DNA from: Chiloscyllium plagiosum
Taxonomy: Eukaryota
DNA length: 64,000 nt
Assembly: GCF_004010195.1 (NCBI RefSeq)
Contig: NC_057719.1
Coordinates: 82,165,224 to 82,229,223 of the forward strand
Direction: 5' to 3'
The first letter of the stretch is position 1; each line of letters starts with the position of its first letter. Positions 62,400-64,000 of the stretch are shown here, one piece after another. The notes under the pieces are model-generated. The model saw nothing but the letters and a program-made list of their open reading frames with translations. It did not search any database and had not been told where the DNA came from. The position numbers were made by a program, and so were the translations under genes.

Positions 62400-64000
62400 G
62401 AGAAGCACATTTGAGAAGAAATTGACAAAAGATGCAAGGTAATGGAAAACTAACCCAATATAGATGAGCGAAAAGAGGGAGTTTCTGAAATACAGAAGAA
62501 TTTTCTTGCACTTTGACAGTATATCAGCATATTCCTCAGTTTCTAGGGAACGAAATAGGGAATGGAGCATTTTCACTGGGTAGTTGTGTATTATTCAGTA
62601 TCATTAAAATAATTATGCAAAAGGACAAAAATCAAATTTGAAAATACTGAGTTGGAGGAGAGCTAATTTCAACGAGCTAAAGGTGGGCCTAAGGTGGATT
62701 AGAATCAAAGATTGCTGGAAAAGTGCAGCAGGTCAGGCAGCATCAAAGGAGCAGGAGAATCGACATTTCGGGCATAAGCCCTTCTTCAGGAATCTGATCT
62801 CCAGCATCTGCAGTCCTCACTTTCTCCTAGAATCAAAGATTGACAAGTAAAATAGTAAATGAGCAATGGGAAACCTTTTACCGAAGCAAAAGTTGGGATA
62901 TATTCGGCACATTCTAATGTGGGGGCAAGAAATGGCAGCTAAAGCTGCAGCTTCATCTGACAAAAGTGAAATGGAAGGTTATTGGCAATGTCAGATTGAG
63001 CACAATGCAGACAGAACTGAAAAAGAGGCAAGTATGAGACTAGATTAGAGAACGGCTGAAATAAGTGAGCCCAAAACTTAAACAGTTTTCTTTAGAAAAC
63101 AGTCAAAGGGTGGGGAAGGAAGTATGGAAGATGTGGAGGCTCAGGCTTGGACTTTCCAACTCTTTTGTCTTGCATATTTGGAGATTGCTAAGATTATATC
63201 CCTCTGTGTGAGACAGATGGGTCAGTCAACTTGAGCAAAAGGGAACTTAGATCAATTAATCCAGGATAAAACTAATTGTTAATGAAATAACAGTTAATAA
63301 GGCCAATCATGCAATTAACATCATTGAGTTCAACAAAAAGCTGGTGATGTTAGCGCAGTTAATGTTCATCTGCACTTCCAAAAGGTATTTAAGTACTGCA
63401 TAACAATGTGTTAACAAAATTTAAGCCCATGTCTTAAAGGGGCTGTGGCTTTGTATATACAAGACTGGTTAAGAGACAGGAAAAGAATGTGTGGAAGGTT
63501 TTTTTTGGATCAGAAGCAAAAATGCAGTGGTGTTCCCTGGGACTGGTTTTGGACCATAACCCCTTTTTTTTATATATAATGGGCTAGAACATAACATGGC
63601 TTAACTTAGATTTGTGCTTTGGTGCCATTGCAAAATTTTATCAAAATAATGAAGTGACTAGTAAACTGAGCAGATAAGCAAATTGTATAGAATTGTGAAG
63701 TAACTTCTATTGTTGCTAGCGCCAATGAGGAGGGACAGGATAAACCAAATTATGATTTTAAAGAAAGTGTATGAGCAGAGAGGCCTATGGATTGTGTGCA
63801 CAAATCTTTAAAGGCATTTGTGTAATTTGAGAGGGATATTAAAAAGGACTAGAAGATACTTGACTTATGCTGAACCTTTTATGTTTAAGTTAGGCACGAG
63901 GTTGGAGTATATTGAATAATTCTGGGCATCATGCCTTGGAACAGATAGGGACAAATGAGCTAGGGATGAAAATCCTTCGTTATGAGGAGCGACTACAACC
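62400..64000 (+). mobile_element. Highly decayed CR1 remnant(s), running off the window end
   Basis: LSWRRANFNELK-like linker, aaaatttaagcccatg...tggttaagagacaggaaa and agtggtgttccctggg RT motifs. Confidence 0.55.
62715..62827. mobile_element. Penelope-like mini-element: inverted body joined to tail (copy 9)
   Basis: TSD tagaatcaaagattg at 62700-62714 and 62828-62842. Body in one orientation (hammerhead-like core 62762-62789, -) and the ~35-nt tail in the other. Confidence 0.85.

Noticed and set aside
6274..62827. Palindromic repeated units as a CRISPR array or prokaryotic REP system
   Set aside because: Copies are dispersed kilobases apart with TSDs and no repeat-spacer periodicity. The DNA is vertebrate with spliceosomal introns and no cas genes.
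6309..62850. Recurring short ORFs of the type MCCWKSAAGQAASKEQENRRFGHKPFFRN as a small-protein family
   Set aside because: They are antisense translations of the Penelope-like terminal repeat, bounded by TSDs, with no splice or start context.

Overview
Eukaryotic genomic DNA, almost certainly from a shark or ray. This is inferred from HE1-type V-SINEs, HER1/CR1 LINEs and SacSINE1/Deu-type SINEs; the species cannot be fixed from sequence alone. The window holds one protein-coding gene on the + strand, BAHD1 (bromo adjacent homology domain containing 1). Its six coding exons (22006-23609 with ATG at 22019, 33899-34290, 46176-46335, 56375-56454, 57665-57756, 59057-59243) all have GT-AG introns and compatible phases. 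They join into a 2502-nt CDS (833 aa from the ATG at 22019). No promoter or first exon is visible, so the first 22 kb is probably intron 1. The rest is nested transposon debris: CR1, L2, RTE, three to four SINE families and a Tigger-like MITE. The most striking non-genic signal is a young family of ~90-220 bp Penelope-like mini-elements (9 copies, one of them ~575 bp, plus 1 of a second family). They have 14-17 bp target duplications, often a fold-back architecture, and a minimal type I hammerhead ribozyme core (CTGA[A/T]GA-A-GGGC-loop-GCCC-GAAAC-GTC). The long copy is still fused in frame to a stop-free GIY-YIG endonuclease domain, which identifies the parent element. Also notable are a LINE whose 5' end is the tRNA-like head of a co-occurring SINE, and a recent 134-143 bp local inverted templated duplication. 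Repeat family names are from recognition, not a database search, and repeat boundaries are approximate unless a TSD or TIR is quoted.
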